Part shown: one piece after another, positions 44,577-54,484 of the stretch | How the letters are laid out: each line of letters starts with the position of its first letter | Numbering within the stretch: position 1 is the stretch's first letter | Assembly: GCA_964562095.1 (NCBI GenBank) | Contig: CAZLSH010000001.1 | Location: 3,027 to 67,026 of the forward strand | DNA from: an uncultured Clostridia bacterium | GTDB lineage: Bacteria > Acidobacteriota > Aminicenantia > UBA2199 | Direction of reading: 5' to 3' | Length of the DNA stretch: 64,000 bases | Program-made: the position numbers and the translations under genes | The notes under the pieces: generated by a model | Seen by the model: only the letters and a program-made list of their open reading frames with translations | Told to the model about the DNA's origin: nothing | The model's database searches: none

Positions 44577-45556
44577 AGGTTCATCAGGGCGCGCACTTCG
44601 CTGACGGTCCGCGCGGCGCGCTCGGCGGCGCGGCGGTTGCCGGGGGCGAGAATGTCGGCGACGGCCAGCGCCTCATAGCGGCGGCGGCGCAGGCGGAAAG
44701 GCTCCAGGAAATCGTTGATGTTATGGATGAGGATTTTCTTGCAGTCGATGCAGCCGATGCCGGCTTTGCGGCATTCGCCGTCGATCATGGCGATCTCCTC
44801 CGCCCCGGAATAGGCCTGGTGCAGGGCGAAGACCGGGCAGTCCCCGGGGATGCCGGGATCGGAACGGCGCTGGCGGCGAACGTCGGTCATCATGGGCCGG
44901 ATCTTCTTGTCCACCGCCTCGGCCGTGTCGCTGAGGAAGATGGCATTGCCGTAGCTCTTGCTCATCTTGCGGCCGTCCACTCCGGGCAGCTTGGGGATGG
45001 GGGTCAGGAAAGGCTGCGGCTCGGGGAAGCAGTCGCCGTACAGGCCGTTGAAGCGGCGCACGATCTCGCGGGCGAGTTCGAGGTGGAAGACCTGGTCCTC
45101 GCCCACCGGCACCGTGTCGGCCTTCATGACGACGATGTCCACCGTCTGCAGCAGCGGGTAGCCCAGGAAACCGTAGGTGTTGATGTCGCGGTCGCTCAGC
45201 TGCGCCTGCTGCTCCTTGAAGGTGGGGACGCGCTCCAGCCAACCCAGCGGCGTCATCATGCCCAGCAGCAGGGACAGCTCGGCGATCTCCTTGATGGCCG
45301 ACTGCAGGTAGACGACGCTTTTCTCCGGGTCGATGCCCACGGACAGCAGGTCGAGCAGCGACTGGCGGACGTTGGCCTGGAGGTTGCGGACGTCCTGATA
45401 GTCGGTGGTCAGCGCATGCCAGTCGACGATGGAATAGTAGCACGCGCCCTGGTCCTGGAGCTTCACCCAGCTCTTGAGCGCCCCTTCCCAGTGGCCGAGG
45501 TGCAGGGCGCCGGAGCCGGTCGGCCGGATGCCGCTCATGATCACTTGCGGGTTCAT
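44573..45556 (-). CDS. trpS: tryptophan--tRNA ligase
   Basis: Class I aaRS KMSKS motif and an HIGH-like N-terminus; 327 aa. Confidence 0.9.
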   Translation of the reverse strand: MNPQVIMSGIRPTGSGALHLGHWEGALKSWVKLQDQGACYYSIVDWHALTTDYQDVRNLQANVRQSLLDLLSVGIDPEKSVVYLQSAIKEIAELSLLLGMMTPLGWLERVPTFKEQQAQLSDRDINTYGFLGYPLLQTVDIVVMKADTVPVGEDQVFHLELAREIVRRFNGLYGDCFPEPQPFLTPIPKLPGVDGRKMSKSYGNAIFLSDTAEAVDKKIRPMMTDVRRQRRSDPGIPGDCPVFALHQAYSGAEEIAMIDGECRKAGIGCIDCKKILIHNINDFLEPFRLRRRRYEALAVADILAPGNRRAAERAARTVSEVRALMNL

Positions 45557-46242
45557 CCCGCCACCCCGGCCTTGAGCAGGATGTAGATCAATTTCGGGAA
45601 GACCTTGAAGAGCCCGCTGAACAGCAGGTCGGCGATCTTGTCGAAGATCCGCGTATAGATGACGAACAGCAGGATGAAGAAGCCGTAGGGCCTTATCTTT
45701 TCATACCAGGCCAGGGCGTCGCCCTTCAGCAGCCCCTCCAGGATGCCGCTGCCGTCCAGCGGCGGGATGGGGATCAGGTTGAAAACCGCCAGGAAGATAT
45801 TGATCATCAGCAGGTAGGTGGCGATGCGCACCAGCAACAGCAGGGTGGCGTTGCTGCTGTTCATGATGGGCTGGAAGAATGCCAGCAGCAGGAGGATGAG
45901 CGTCAGGCTGACCAGGATGTTGGCAGCGGGGCCGGCGGCGGCCACGAGCATGCCGTCGCGGCGGCGATTGCGGAAATTGGCCGGATTGACCATGACCGGC
46001 TTGGCCCAGCCGAAGACCGGGGCGCCCATGACCGCCAGCAGGATGGGGAAAACGATCGTCCCGAAGATGTCGATGTGGGCGATGGGGTTCAGGGTCACCC
46101 GGCCCATGAGGCGCGCCGAGGGGTCGCCGCACTTGTCGGCGACCCAGGCGTGGGCCGATTCGTGGACCGATATGGCGAAGAGCACTGCTGCGTACTGGAG
46201 CACAATGCGGAATATTTCGTTCATTACCCTGCAAAATAGCAC
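45553..46242 (-). CDS. site-2 protease family (peptidase M50) membrane metalloprotease
   Basis: HExxH in VHESAHAW within a TM segment; multi-TM protein. Confidence 0.75.
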   Translation of the reverse strand: MLFCRVMNEIFRIVLQYAAVLFAISVHESAHAWVADKCGDPSARLMGRVTLNPIAHIDIFGTIVFPILLAVMGAPVFGWAKPVMVNPANFRNRRRDGMLVAAAGPAANILVSLTLILLLLAFFQPIMNSSNATLLLLVRIATYLLMINIFLAVFNLIPIPPLDGSGILEGLLKGDALAWYEKIRPYGFFILLFVIYTRIFDKIADLLFSGLFKVFPKLIYILLKAGVAG

Positions 46243-46322
46243 AAAGACGGGGCCCGGTCAATCACGGGCGGTTGACGAGAGCCGGGCGAAACGATTATCA
46301 TCCCGGACGTGAGGAGAACGCA

Positions 46323-47615
46323 ATGAGCATCTTCAAACTGCGGGAAAACCGGACAACGGCCGGCCGCGAGATCATGGCGGGGGTGGTCACGTTCATGGCC
46401 ATGGCCTATATCATTTTCGTGAACCCGAAGATCCTGGCCGCGGCCATGGGCGAGGAACTCGTGCCGGCATTGGCCGTAGCCACCTGCATCGGCGCCGGGA
46501 CCCTGAGCATCCTCATGGGCCTGGTCAGCAATTTTCCCCTGGCCCTGGCCTCGGGCATGGGGCTGAACGCTTTTCTGGCCTATGGCGTGGTCATCGGCAT
46601 GAAAGTCCCCTGGCAGGCGGCGATGGGCATCGTCTTTCTCGAGGGGGCGATCATCACCGTGCTGGTGCTGACCCGCGTGCGCGAAGGGGTGATGAGCGCC
46701 ATCCCCCTTGACCTCAAACGCGGCATTGGCGTGGGCATCGGCCTGCTGATCGCGTTGATCGGGCTGCAGAACGCCCGGCTGGTGGTGGCCGATCCGGCGA
46801 CTCTGGTCGCCTTTGGGAAGCTCGGCCCCGAGAGCCTGGTGGCGGCGTTTGGCCTGGTGGCCACGGCCCTGCTGATGGTGAAGCGGGTCAAAGGGGCTTT
46901 TCTGATCGGCATCCTCCTGGCGACGGCGGCGGCGGTTGCCGCCGGGCTGGTCCACTTGCCATCCCACTTCGTTTCCGGCCTGAAGCCGGAGCACTTCAAG
47001 ACCTTTTTTGCGCTGGACATCGCCGGCGCCCTGCGCCTGGGGCTGCTGGGAACCATCTTTGCCTTTTTGATCACCGATTTCTTCGACACCATGGGCACGG
47101 TGGTGGCGGTCGGCGAGCAGGCCGGCTTTCTGGACGGGAAGGGGAGGATGCCGCGGCTGCGGGGCGTCCTGCTGGTGGACTCCCTGGGTGCGCTCTGCGG
47201 CGGACTCTTCGGCTGCAGTTCGGTGACGACCTACGTGGAGAGCGCCGCCGGCGTCGGCGAGGGTGGCCGCACCGGCCTGACCTCGGTGACCACCGGCGTC
47301 CTGTTCCTGCTGGCTGTCTTCTTCACGCCCCTGGTGGCCATCGTGCCATCCTATGCCACGGCGCCGGCCCTGGTCCTGGTCGGTTTCCTGCTCATCTCGG
47401 GCGTGCGCTCCATCCATTGGGACGATGCCGCCACCGCCCTGCCGGTCTTCCTGACCATCGTCATGATCCCCTTCACCTTCAGCATTTCCAAGGGGATCGG
47501 CTGCGGCTTCATCTCCTATGTCCTGTTGAAGCTCCTGGCGGGGAGGTGGCGCGATGTCCATCCGCTGCTGGCCGTGGTATCGCTCCTCTTTGCCGTTGAT
47601 TTCGCCCTGTTCTGA
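46323..47615 (+). CDS. NCS2-family purine permease (AzgA/PurP-like adenine/guanine/hypoxanthine transporter)
   Basis: N-terminal FKLRENRTT..EIMAGVVTFMAMAYIIFVNP is diagnostic of the AzgA subfamily. Confidence 0.85.
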   Translation: MSIFKLRENRTTAGREIMAGVVTFMAMAYIIFVNPKILAAAMGEELVPALAVATCIGAGTLSILMGLVSNFPLALASGMGLNAFLAYGVVIGMKVPWQAAMGIVFLEGAIITVLVLTRVREGVMSAIPLDLKRGIGVGIGLLIALIGLQNARLVVADPATLVAFGKLGPESLVAAFGLVATALLMVKRVKGAFLIGILLATAAAVAAGLVHLPSHFVSGLKPEHFKTFFALDIAGALRLGLLGTIFAFLITDFFDTMGTVVAVGEQAGFLDGKGRMPRLRGVLLVDSLGALCGGLFGCSSVTTYVESAAGVGEGGRTGLTSVTTGVLFLLAVFFTPLVAIVPSYATAPALVLVGFLLISGVRSIHWDDAATALPVFLTIVMIPFTFSISKGIGCGFISYVLLKLLAGRWRDVHPLLAVVSLLFAVDFALF

Positions 47616-47630
47616 AACAGGGCGCCGGGG

Positions 47631-49103
47631 TCATTCCGCCACGGCGCGGCGCGGAGGAACAGGATAGACGCCCTTGTAGTTTTCGCTGAATTGGCTCTTG
47701 CCGCAAAGCATCATGGCGCTGAGCGGCATGATGCGCCTGATCTGATCGGCCAGGCCGTGGGCCAGTTGGCGGATGTCCCACTGGGCGTGCTCGTCGTCGC
47801 GCAGGCGGATGAAATGGTAGGCCTCCCGCAGATTCATCTTCATCAGCACGCGGCGGCGATGGGAATTGGTCAGGATGTAGTCGGCGGCGGCGCCGCCGGC
47901 CGCCCGGAGCAGGGAATGGGCGTCATTGGTCGCGGCGATGATCTCCGCGAATTCTCCTGCCAACCCGATCTGGCGGATGCTTTCCGGCAGGGTGTTTCCC
48001 AGCTCGGGGGCATATTCCCCCGCCATAAGCGTCGCCATGCGGTGGCGCTTGAGTTGGGCGAAGTTCGCGGCGCTGACGGTGGCCTGGAAGGTGATGTCGG
48101 CCATCTCGAATTCCCTGGGCATGGCGCTGAAAAATTCGACTTTTTTGAAGAATTCCCTGAAAAGCGACCTTTTCCGCGCCCGGGGGATTTTTTTTACCAT
48201 GGCCAACGCGTGCGGGAAATCTAAATTGCGGCAGCTGGAGGCATGAGCGGCCAGGATCATGTCGTCGCCGTTCTCCGTGAAGGAAACGATCCGGGGAAGC
48301 GGGTTGGCGCTCCGGGTCGCCGCTGCGGGGAAAGAGGCGAAAAAATCGTCCAGGGGCGAAAACGCGTCGCGGTCAAAGGCGGTCGGTTCGGGAAAGAGGA
48401 TGATCGACGGAGCGATGGGCAGGACCAGGGCGAGGAGTTTTTCCCCGAGCTGGCGCACCTCCTGCCTGGAACTGAGCCGCCAGCGGCGCAGCATATGCTC
48501 CAGCGTGCGGGCATTGACGGTCATGCCGACCTGGCCGCTGGTGGCCAGTGACAGGATGTAGCGCGCGTCCTCCTTGGCCCAGCCCTCCACCAGGCGCAGC
48601 CCGGCGGCGCTCTGAACCGTCGTGGCGTGCTGACGCTGCAGCCGCCGGTTCAGCAGGGCGAAGGCCTTGAAATAGAAACGGTTCTGCCGCTGCGCGACCT
48701 CGCGGAACACTTTTTTCAACGCCGAGCTGCGGATCTCCGCGGGCATGACCAGATCACCGGCCAGCGTGACGTAGCGTTGTGATTTTTCGGTGTAGGAGGC
48801 CAGGCGGAACCGTTCGATCTCCTCCAGGGCCAGCCGCGACACGCCCATGATGTCGAAATTGAAGACCGCGTGCTCGGCGACCGAGTGGTGCCCCATCGCA
48901 AAGATGATCCGCTGGTTGGACCTGCGGGCCTTCTCCACGTCCCGGCAGGCCTGCCGGCGCAGTTGGTCGACCGCAAGCGGGCTGCGGCTGATGCGGGCGT
49001 ATGCGGCGCTGAGCGTTTCCGGCGTAAGCTTCCGGCGCCGGCCATGTTCCAGCCGCCGCAGGATTTCCCCATCGATGTTGAATCCAGCCAGTTTAACGCG
49101 CAC
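47631..49103 (-). CDS. thyX: tandem-duplicated flavin-dependent thymidylate synthase (ThyX)-like protein
   Basis: Two ThyX-like halves. Half 1 has HAVFNFDI…ERFRLASYTEKSQRY and VNARTLEHMLRRWR. Half 2 has QLKRHRMATLMAGEY and MKMNLREAYHFIRLRDDEHAQWDIRQ. Compare the ThyX RHR…S…RY and [21 protein letters not shown] motifs, recalled from memory. Confidence 0.6.
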   Translation of the reverse strand: MRVKLAGFNIDGEILRRLEHGRRRKLTPETLSAAYARISRSPLAVDQLRRQACRDVEKARRSNQRIIFAMGHHSVAEHAVFNFDIMGVSRLALEEIERFRLASYTEKSQRYVTLAGDLVMPAEIRSSALKKVFREVAQRQNRFYFKAFALLNRRLQRQHATTVQSAAGLRLVEGWAKEDARYILSLATSGQVGMTVNARTLEHMLRRWRLSSRQEVRQLGEKLLALVLPIAPSIILFPEPTAFDRDAFSPLDDFFASFPAAATRSANPLPRIVSFTENGDDMILAAHASSCRNLDFPHALAMVKKIPRARKRSLFREFFKKVEFFSAMPREFEMADITFQATVSAANFAQLKRHRMATLMAGEYAPELGNTLPESIRQIGLAGEFAEIIAATNDAHSLLRAAGGAAADYILTNSHRRRVLMKMNLREAYHFIRLRDDEHAQWDIRQLAHGLADQIRRIMPLSAMMLCGKSQFSENYKGVYPVPPRRAVAE

Positions 49104-49128
49104 CTCGCCCTCCTGGTCCGCTGTTCCG

Positions 49129-49713
49129 TCAGATCAGCTTCATGTCGGCCAGCCGCACCATGGCTTCCTGGGTGCTCTCGTCGATGGACTGGTGGTTCCA
49201 GATGTCAAAAGAAGGGAGCTGGTCCTGCTGGATGATGCGGGAGTAGTTTTCGTCCGCCTGCGGGAGGTCCGCCAGCGGGTATTCGCGCATGCCGGCCCTG
49301 GGCTTTCTTTTCTTCAACGCCGCGGCTTCCGCGCGCAAACGGAAGAACACGGTGTAGGATGGAATCCAGAAACGGTACAGCGCCTCCATCAGGGCATCGC
49401 GCCCTGCGGGCGGGATGCCGGCGCTGGCCTCCGCCCGGCATGCCCGCCACTCCAGCCAGTGGTCCAGGAGCGAACCGTCGCACAGGAGGAAATCGGGGTG
49501 TTCCTGGGAATGGAGGTTCTCTTCGTTGATCTGGTTGGTGATGAAGTAGAACTGGCTGATAAAACCGGTTTTCTGGTCGAAGTCGAAGGGGCTGTTCGGC
49601 TTCAGGTCCGGCACGTCTTCGACGCGGTACTTCAGCGACAGCAGTTTTTTCACTTCGGCCAGGATCGATGTCTTGCCACTGCCGGGAATGCCCGAAAAAG
49701 CGATCTTGTGCAT
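49129..49713 (-). CDS. P-loop kinase, deoxynucleoside-kinase-like (AAA/dNK family)
   Basis: Walker A GIPGSGKTS immediately after the Met of MHKIAFSG. The ORF-track N-terminal extension to 49905 is probably not translated. Confidence 0.45.
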   Translation of the reverse strand: MHKIAFSGIPGSGKTSILAEVKKLLSLKYRVEDVPDLKPNSPFDFDQKTGFISQFYFITNQINEENLHSQEHPDFLLCDGSLLDHWLEWRACRAEASAGIPPAGRDALMEALYRFWIPSYTVFFRLRAEAAALKKRKPRAGMREYPLADLPQADENYSRIIQQDQLPSFDIWNHQSIDESTQEAMVRLADMKLI

Positions 49714-49828
49714 GGTCGAATTGTAGGGGACCGGCGCCGCAAAGTCAAATTTACATTTGCCGAAAAATTTGCTATGATGAAGCGATGAGATTTTCGCCGA
49801 GGCAAAATATTTTAACCCGACCGGAATC

Positions 49829-50265
49829 ATGACCAACCAGGAGATCGCCCGCGCCTTTGACAAGTTGGCTTTCTTCCTTTCGCTGCACGATGAGAACGAA
49901 TTCAAAATCAGCGCCTATACCCGGGCCGCGCGCAGCATCCGCGAATACCCGGTTTCCATCGAGGACATGCTCCTGGCCGGCGAGGACCTGACCCAGATCG
50001 ACGGCCTCGGCAAGATCCTGGCGCAAAAGGTGGAGGACCTGGTCATCATCGGCTCGCTCAAGGCGCTGGACGAGCTGCTGGCCGAGTTTCCCGACAGCCT
50101 GTATGAGATGTCCCAGATCAAGGGCATCGGCCCCAAGACCATCCTGAAGATTTTTGACGCCCACAAGATCCGGACGCTGGACGAATTGCGTACATTCTTG
50201 CAGCGCGGCGAGAAACTGGCTGTCGCCGCCCCCTACGAGAACCGCATCAAAGAGTTTTTCAAAAA

Positions 50266-50269
<4 letters not shown>
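49829..50269 (+). CDS. PolX-family N-terminal (8-kDa lyase-like plus HhH) domain protein, stand-alone or truncated
   Basis: NQEIARAFDKLAFFLSLHDENEFKISAYTRAARSI…IDGLGKILAQKV…IKGIGPKTI matches the N-terminal helix-hairpin-helix region of bacterial PolX. The polymerase and PHP domains are absent. Confidence 0.5.
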
Positions 50270-50830
<561 letters not shown>

Positions 50831-50838
<8 letters not shown>

Positions 50839-51886
50839 ACGCACGAGCGGAGCGCCCTTGCGGACGGCGCGCCTCTTCCCGGGAAGCGGCGACGTCCTGC
50901 GCATGGGCATGGGCGGGATACCCCTCCAGCGGCTGGACGCCGCCGGTTCCGACCGCGTCCTGGAAAAGGCCATAGCCGCCGGGATCAACTTCTTCGATAC
51001 GGCGCGCGGCTACACCGACAGCGAGAGCAAGTTCGGCCGCGTGCTGCCCCGTTACCGCGGGCGGGTGCGAGTCGCCAGCAAGTCGTTCAGCCGCGGCGCC
51101 AGCGACATCCAGCGCGACATCGAAACCAGCTTGCGCAACCTGCGCAGCGACCACATCGACATCTACCAGTGCCACAATGTGGCCAGTGAGGCCGATCTGG
51201 AGAAGATCCTGGCAGCGGACGGCGCCGTGGCCGGGATGCTCGAGGCGCAGGCGCAGGGCAAGATCGGCGGCATCGGCATTACGGGCCATAAACCGCCGAT
51301 CCTGGCCATGGCGCTGGAGCGTTTCGCTTTCGCGACCATCCAGGTCCCCGCCAATTTCATGGAAACCGAGGCCATGCAGGGACTGATCCCCGCCGCGCGC
51401 CGGCGGGGTGTCGGCGTCATCGCCATGAAGCCCATGGGCGGCGGCAACATCCGCGAGACTGTCCTGAATTTCCGCTTCATTTTCAATCAAGGCATCGACG
51501 TGGCCATTCCGGGGATGGATTCGGAACGGCAGGTCGCGGAGAACGTGGCGGCGCTGGACGACCTGTCGCCCCTGAATGCCGGGGAGATCTCCCGGCTGCA
51601 GGCGGAGAAGGAACGGCTGGGCGACCGCTTCTGCCGGCGCTGCGAGTACTGCATGCCCTGCCCGCAGGGGTTGCCGATATCGTTCCTGCATGTCCTGCGG
51701 AACTACTATTTTCTTTACGACCTGAAAGACTGGGCCCTGGAGCGCCTCGCCGGCCTGGCCAAGACCTACAAGGACTGCGTCGCCTGCGGCGAATGCGTCG
51801 GCAAATGCCCCTACCATCTCGACATGCCGGCCATTTTTCGTGAAACCTGGGAGAAGATGCAGGCCGACAAAAGGGGCCGGTCCTGA
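50831..51886 (+). CDS. aldo/keto reductase with C-terminal 4Fe-4S-binding Cys cluster
   Basis: AKR domain (GINFFDTARGY) plus a C-terminal CRRCEYCMPCPQG…CVACGECVGKCP region. Confidence 0.75.
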
Positions 51887-51957
51887 AGCGGCGTTCCCGC
51901 CTGGACACGGCCGCGCGCCGGCTTTACCGGATTCGTTTTTTGTAATATAATCGGCGC

Positions 51958-52302
51958 ATGAACGCCCGGCAGCTGATCGAAGAAGAGAAACTGCAGAACA
52001 TTCTCAATCCCCGCAAGTCCAACCGTGAGTTCAAGGTCACCATCCGCTTCCAGAAATCGCTCACGAAAAACTTCGAAAAAGCCCTGGAACTGGCCCGCAA
52101 GAATCCATATTTCATGGAAGAAGGAGCGGGCGACCATTACAGGGCGTACGCCAGCTTCTACCCCGACGACGTCGAGGCGCTGCACGAGTTTTTTGAACTG
52201 GTCAAGGATCGGGATACAACGAAGATCTTTCTCAACAACAAGGCCATCCCCTATGTCCAGAACCTGTGGTTGTTCCTGCTTTGGTTCTATCGGATCAAAT
52301 AA
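51958..52302 (+). CDS. hypothetical protein (114 aa)
   Basis: ORF with reasonable codon usage between two annotated genes; no recognisable motif. Confidence 0.35.
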   Translation: MNARQLIEEEKLQNILNPRKSNREFKVTIRFQKSLTKNFEKALELARKNPYFMEEGAGDHYRAYASFYPDDVEALHEFFELVKDRDTTKIFLNNKAIPYVQNLWLFLLWFYRIK

Positions 52303-52327
52303 AAACGGCAAAAAAGAGGGCGACAAC

Positions 52328-52356
52328 TTGACTTTTCCCCAATATTAAATTATAAA
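52328..52356 (+). promoter_or_regulatory. sigma70-like promoter (TTGACT-17-TATAAA) of TPR lipoprotein gene
   Basis: TTGACT at 52328-52333, TATAAA at 52351-52356, RBS AGGAGG before the ATG at 52381. Confidence 0.45.
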
Positions 52357-52380
52357 GTGATCTTGCTTTAGGAGGTTTTC

Positions 52381-53376
52381 ATGAAAAAGTTTAGCACGGT
52401 ATTGCTTATCCTTTTCCTGTCCACCTTGATCATCACCAGCTTCACCGCCTGCGACAAGCTGAAAATAACCAACCTGAAAGCCAACAAGCATTTTAAAACG
52501 GGCAACAAATTCTATACCGAGGAAAAGTACAAGCGGGCGATCACTGAATACGAGGCCGCCCTGCAGCTCAATCCCGAACTCAAGTCCGCCTTTTATTATC
52601 TCGGCTCCAGCTACATCATGGTCTATAAGCCCGGCGACGACAGTGAAAAGAACAAGGAATACGGGACCAAGGCCGTCGAGTACCTGCAGAAGGCCCTGGA
52701 GTTGAATCCGGACAACAAGGATATCCTCCAGGCCCTCGGCGATATCAACGACAAACTGGGCAATTTCGAGGAGGCAGAGAAATATTACCTGCAAGTGCAG
52801 AAATTCACCTCCAATGACCCCGCTTCGTATTACAACCTGGCCGGCTTCTACAACAACAACGGCAAGTATGACAAGGCCATCGAGATGTTCGAGGAACGAA
52901 TCAAGCTCGATCCCTCCAATCCGGAAGGCTACCTGTACCTGGCCGACTTCTTCCAGAACAAGCGCAAGTGGGACGATGCCATCAAGAACCACGAGTTGCG
53001 CATTACCAAGATCAGCGAAGCCAACCTGGATGAGAAGGAAAAGAACGATATCCTGGCCGAAGCCTATTACCGGCTGGGCGTCGTCTGCTGGAACAAGAGC
53101 TACCAGACTCCGCCCGACGTCATGGGCTCGGTCGAGCGGCTTCAGGTCGTCGAGCAGGGCCTGGCGGCCTTGAACAAGGCCACCGAGCTTTCGCCCAATT
53201 ATCCCGATCCCTGGGCTTACATGGGCTTGCTCTATAAGCAACGGCAGATCGCCGAACCCCTGAAAGTGGCCGAATACGAGAAGCAATACAAGGCCATGAT
53301 CGACAAGTTCCAGGAGCTTCGCAAGCGCAAGCTGGCCACCGAGCAATTCATCAAGGACCTGGCCAAGGATCAATAA
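52381..53376 (+). CDS. TPR-repeat lipoprotein
   Basis: Signal peptide with lipobox-like …SFTAC, followed by multiple TPR motifs (YY.LG..Y, A...Y...L). Confidence 0.7.
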   Translation: MKKFSTVLLILFLSTLIITSFTACDKLKITNLKANKHFKTGNKFYTEEKYKRAITEYEAALQLNPELKSAFYYLGSSYIMVYKPGDDSEKNKEYGTKAVEYLQKALELNPDNKDILQALGDINDKLGNFEEAEKYYLQVQKFTSNDPASYYNLAGFYNNNGKYDKAIEMFEERIKLDPSNPEGYLYLADFFQNKRKWDDAIKNHELRITKISEANLDEKEKNDILAEAYYRLGVVCWNKSYQTPPDVMGSVERLQVVEQGLAALNKATELSPNYPDPWAYMGLLYKQRQIAEPLKVAEYEKQYKAMIDKFQELRKRKLATEQFIKDLAKDQ

Positions 53377-53396
53377 GCGCCCGCGCCGCAATCAGC

Positions 53397-53438
53397 AAAA
53401 CCCCTTGTTCCCGGATGGGAGCCAGGGGTTTTTTTTTG
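53397..53438 (+). terminator. rho-independent terminator
   Basis: CCCCTTGTTCCCGGATGGGAGCCAGGGG hairpin followed by a T9 run, directly after the TPR gene stop. Confidence 0.55.
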
Positions 53439-53472
53439 GCGGCGGTTGCGAGGCTCACGGCTTGGGGGGGAA

Positions 53473-53501
53473 TTGACAATTTATACTGAAAAAGTTATAT
53501 A
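53473..53501 (+). promoter_or_regulatory. sigma70-like promoter (TTGACA-17-TATATA) positioned for a leaderless Rrf2 transcript
   Basis: TTGACA at 53473-53478 and TATATA at 53496-53501, with the ATG at 53508 only 6-7 nt downstream of the -10 element. Confidence 0.45.
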
Positions 53502-53507
53502 TCAGCC

Positions 53508-53915
53508 ATGAAAATCAACACCAAGATCCGCTATGGGCTGCGCATGCTGATCGCCATTGCCCAGGGGGGGGGGCTGGTCAACACGACCATGCTGGGCGAG
53601 ATCATGCACGTCTCCCCGAAGTACCTGCGCAAATTGGCCGGGCCCCTGGAAAAGGGTGGCTTGATCCAGAGCGTCCAGGGGATTTATGGTGGCTATCGAC
53701 TGGCCAAGGACCCTGAAGCGATCACCCTGCAGGGGCTGATGGATGCCTTTGGAGAAAAAGTCTCGCTCGCCAACTGCCTTTTGGGCATGCCATGCGAATT
53801 GCGGGAATCCTGCCTGGCCAGGCAGGTTTGGGAAATGCTGGAGGCAACGATGCAGAAGCATTTTCTGCCCATTACTCTCGGTGACGTACTGGGAAACAGG
53901 GTGAAAATGCCGTGA
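53508..53915 (+). CDS. Rrf2-family transcriptional regulator (IscR/NsrR-like)
   Basis: N-terminal MKINTKIRYGLRMLIAIA is a typical Rrf2 HTH; 135 aa with C-terminal Cys residues. Confidence 0.8.
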   Translation: MKINTKIRYGLRMLIAIAQGGGLVNTTMLGEIMHVSPKYLRKLAGPLEKGGLIQSVQGIYGGYRLAKDPEAITLQGLMDAFGEKVSLANCLLGMPCELRESCLARQVWEMLEATMQKHFLPITLGDVLGNRVKMP

Positions 53916-54000
53916 CCCTCGGCTTCATGGCGGGCGCCTCCCCGCCGGGTACGGTTGACTCGTCGCCCGAAATATAGTATATCTTCTTCCTGATCACATC

Positions 54001-54477
54001 ATGACCAAGCATGGATTCATACTTGTTTGCTGCTTGTTCCTCCTTGCCGGCCGTGCGTTCCCCCAGGATGAATTCCTCGGGATCGAGTGTTCCGTCGCTC
54101 CGCGCCGCATCCTGCAGGGCAACGAGGGGCTGCTCAAGATCAAGATCAATTTGCGCGACGGCGTCCGGATATCGGCCAACCCCGAGTTCCTGATCCGCCT
54201 TGACGAGAATGAAAGCCTGTCGTTCGCCAAGATTTTTTTCGCCGGATCGGAACTGAACCTGCCCACGACCCAGGAAGGTGAAGCCGTTTTCCTGGACCCG
54301 CAGAAGGAGATCGAGGTCCCTTTCACGCTGAGCGAAGAGGCGTTGCTGGGCAATCTCACCATCAGTGGCGAGGTTGTTTTCACCATGCTGTTCCCGGACA
54401 ACTGGTCGGTGAAGACCACGCAGAAGTTTTCGGCCGGCTTTGTTTCGCGGCGGAACTACAAGATCAAGAAAAAATGA
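54001..54477 (+). CDS. hypothetical secreted protein
   Basis: Signal peptide (ILVCCLFLLAGRAFPQ); 158 aa with no recognisable motif. Confidence 0.45.
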   Translation: MTKHGFILVCCLFLLAGRAFPQDEFLGIECSVAPRRILQGNEGLLKIKINLRDGVRISANPEFLIRLDENESLSFAKIFFAGSELNLPTTQEGEAVFLDPQKEIEVPFTLSEEALLGNLTISGEVVFTMLFPDNWSVKTTQKFSAGFVSRRNYKIKKK

Positions 54478-54484
54478 CGCCCGG

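Noticed and set aside
46243-46322. Purine riboswitch upstream of the NCS2 permease
   Set aside because: The leader is only ~60 nt and lacks the conserved purine-riboswitch junction motifs. Only a weak TTGACG/TTATCAT promoter-like pair is visible.
49714-49905. N-terminal 64-aa extension of the kinase ORF
   Set aside because: The Walker A motif follows directly after the internal Met (MHKIAFSGIPGSGKTS). The upstream extension is Ser/Lys-rich and reaches into the divergent promoter region.
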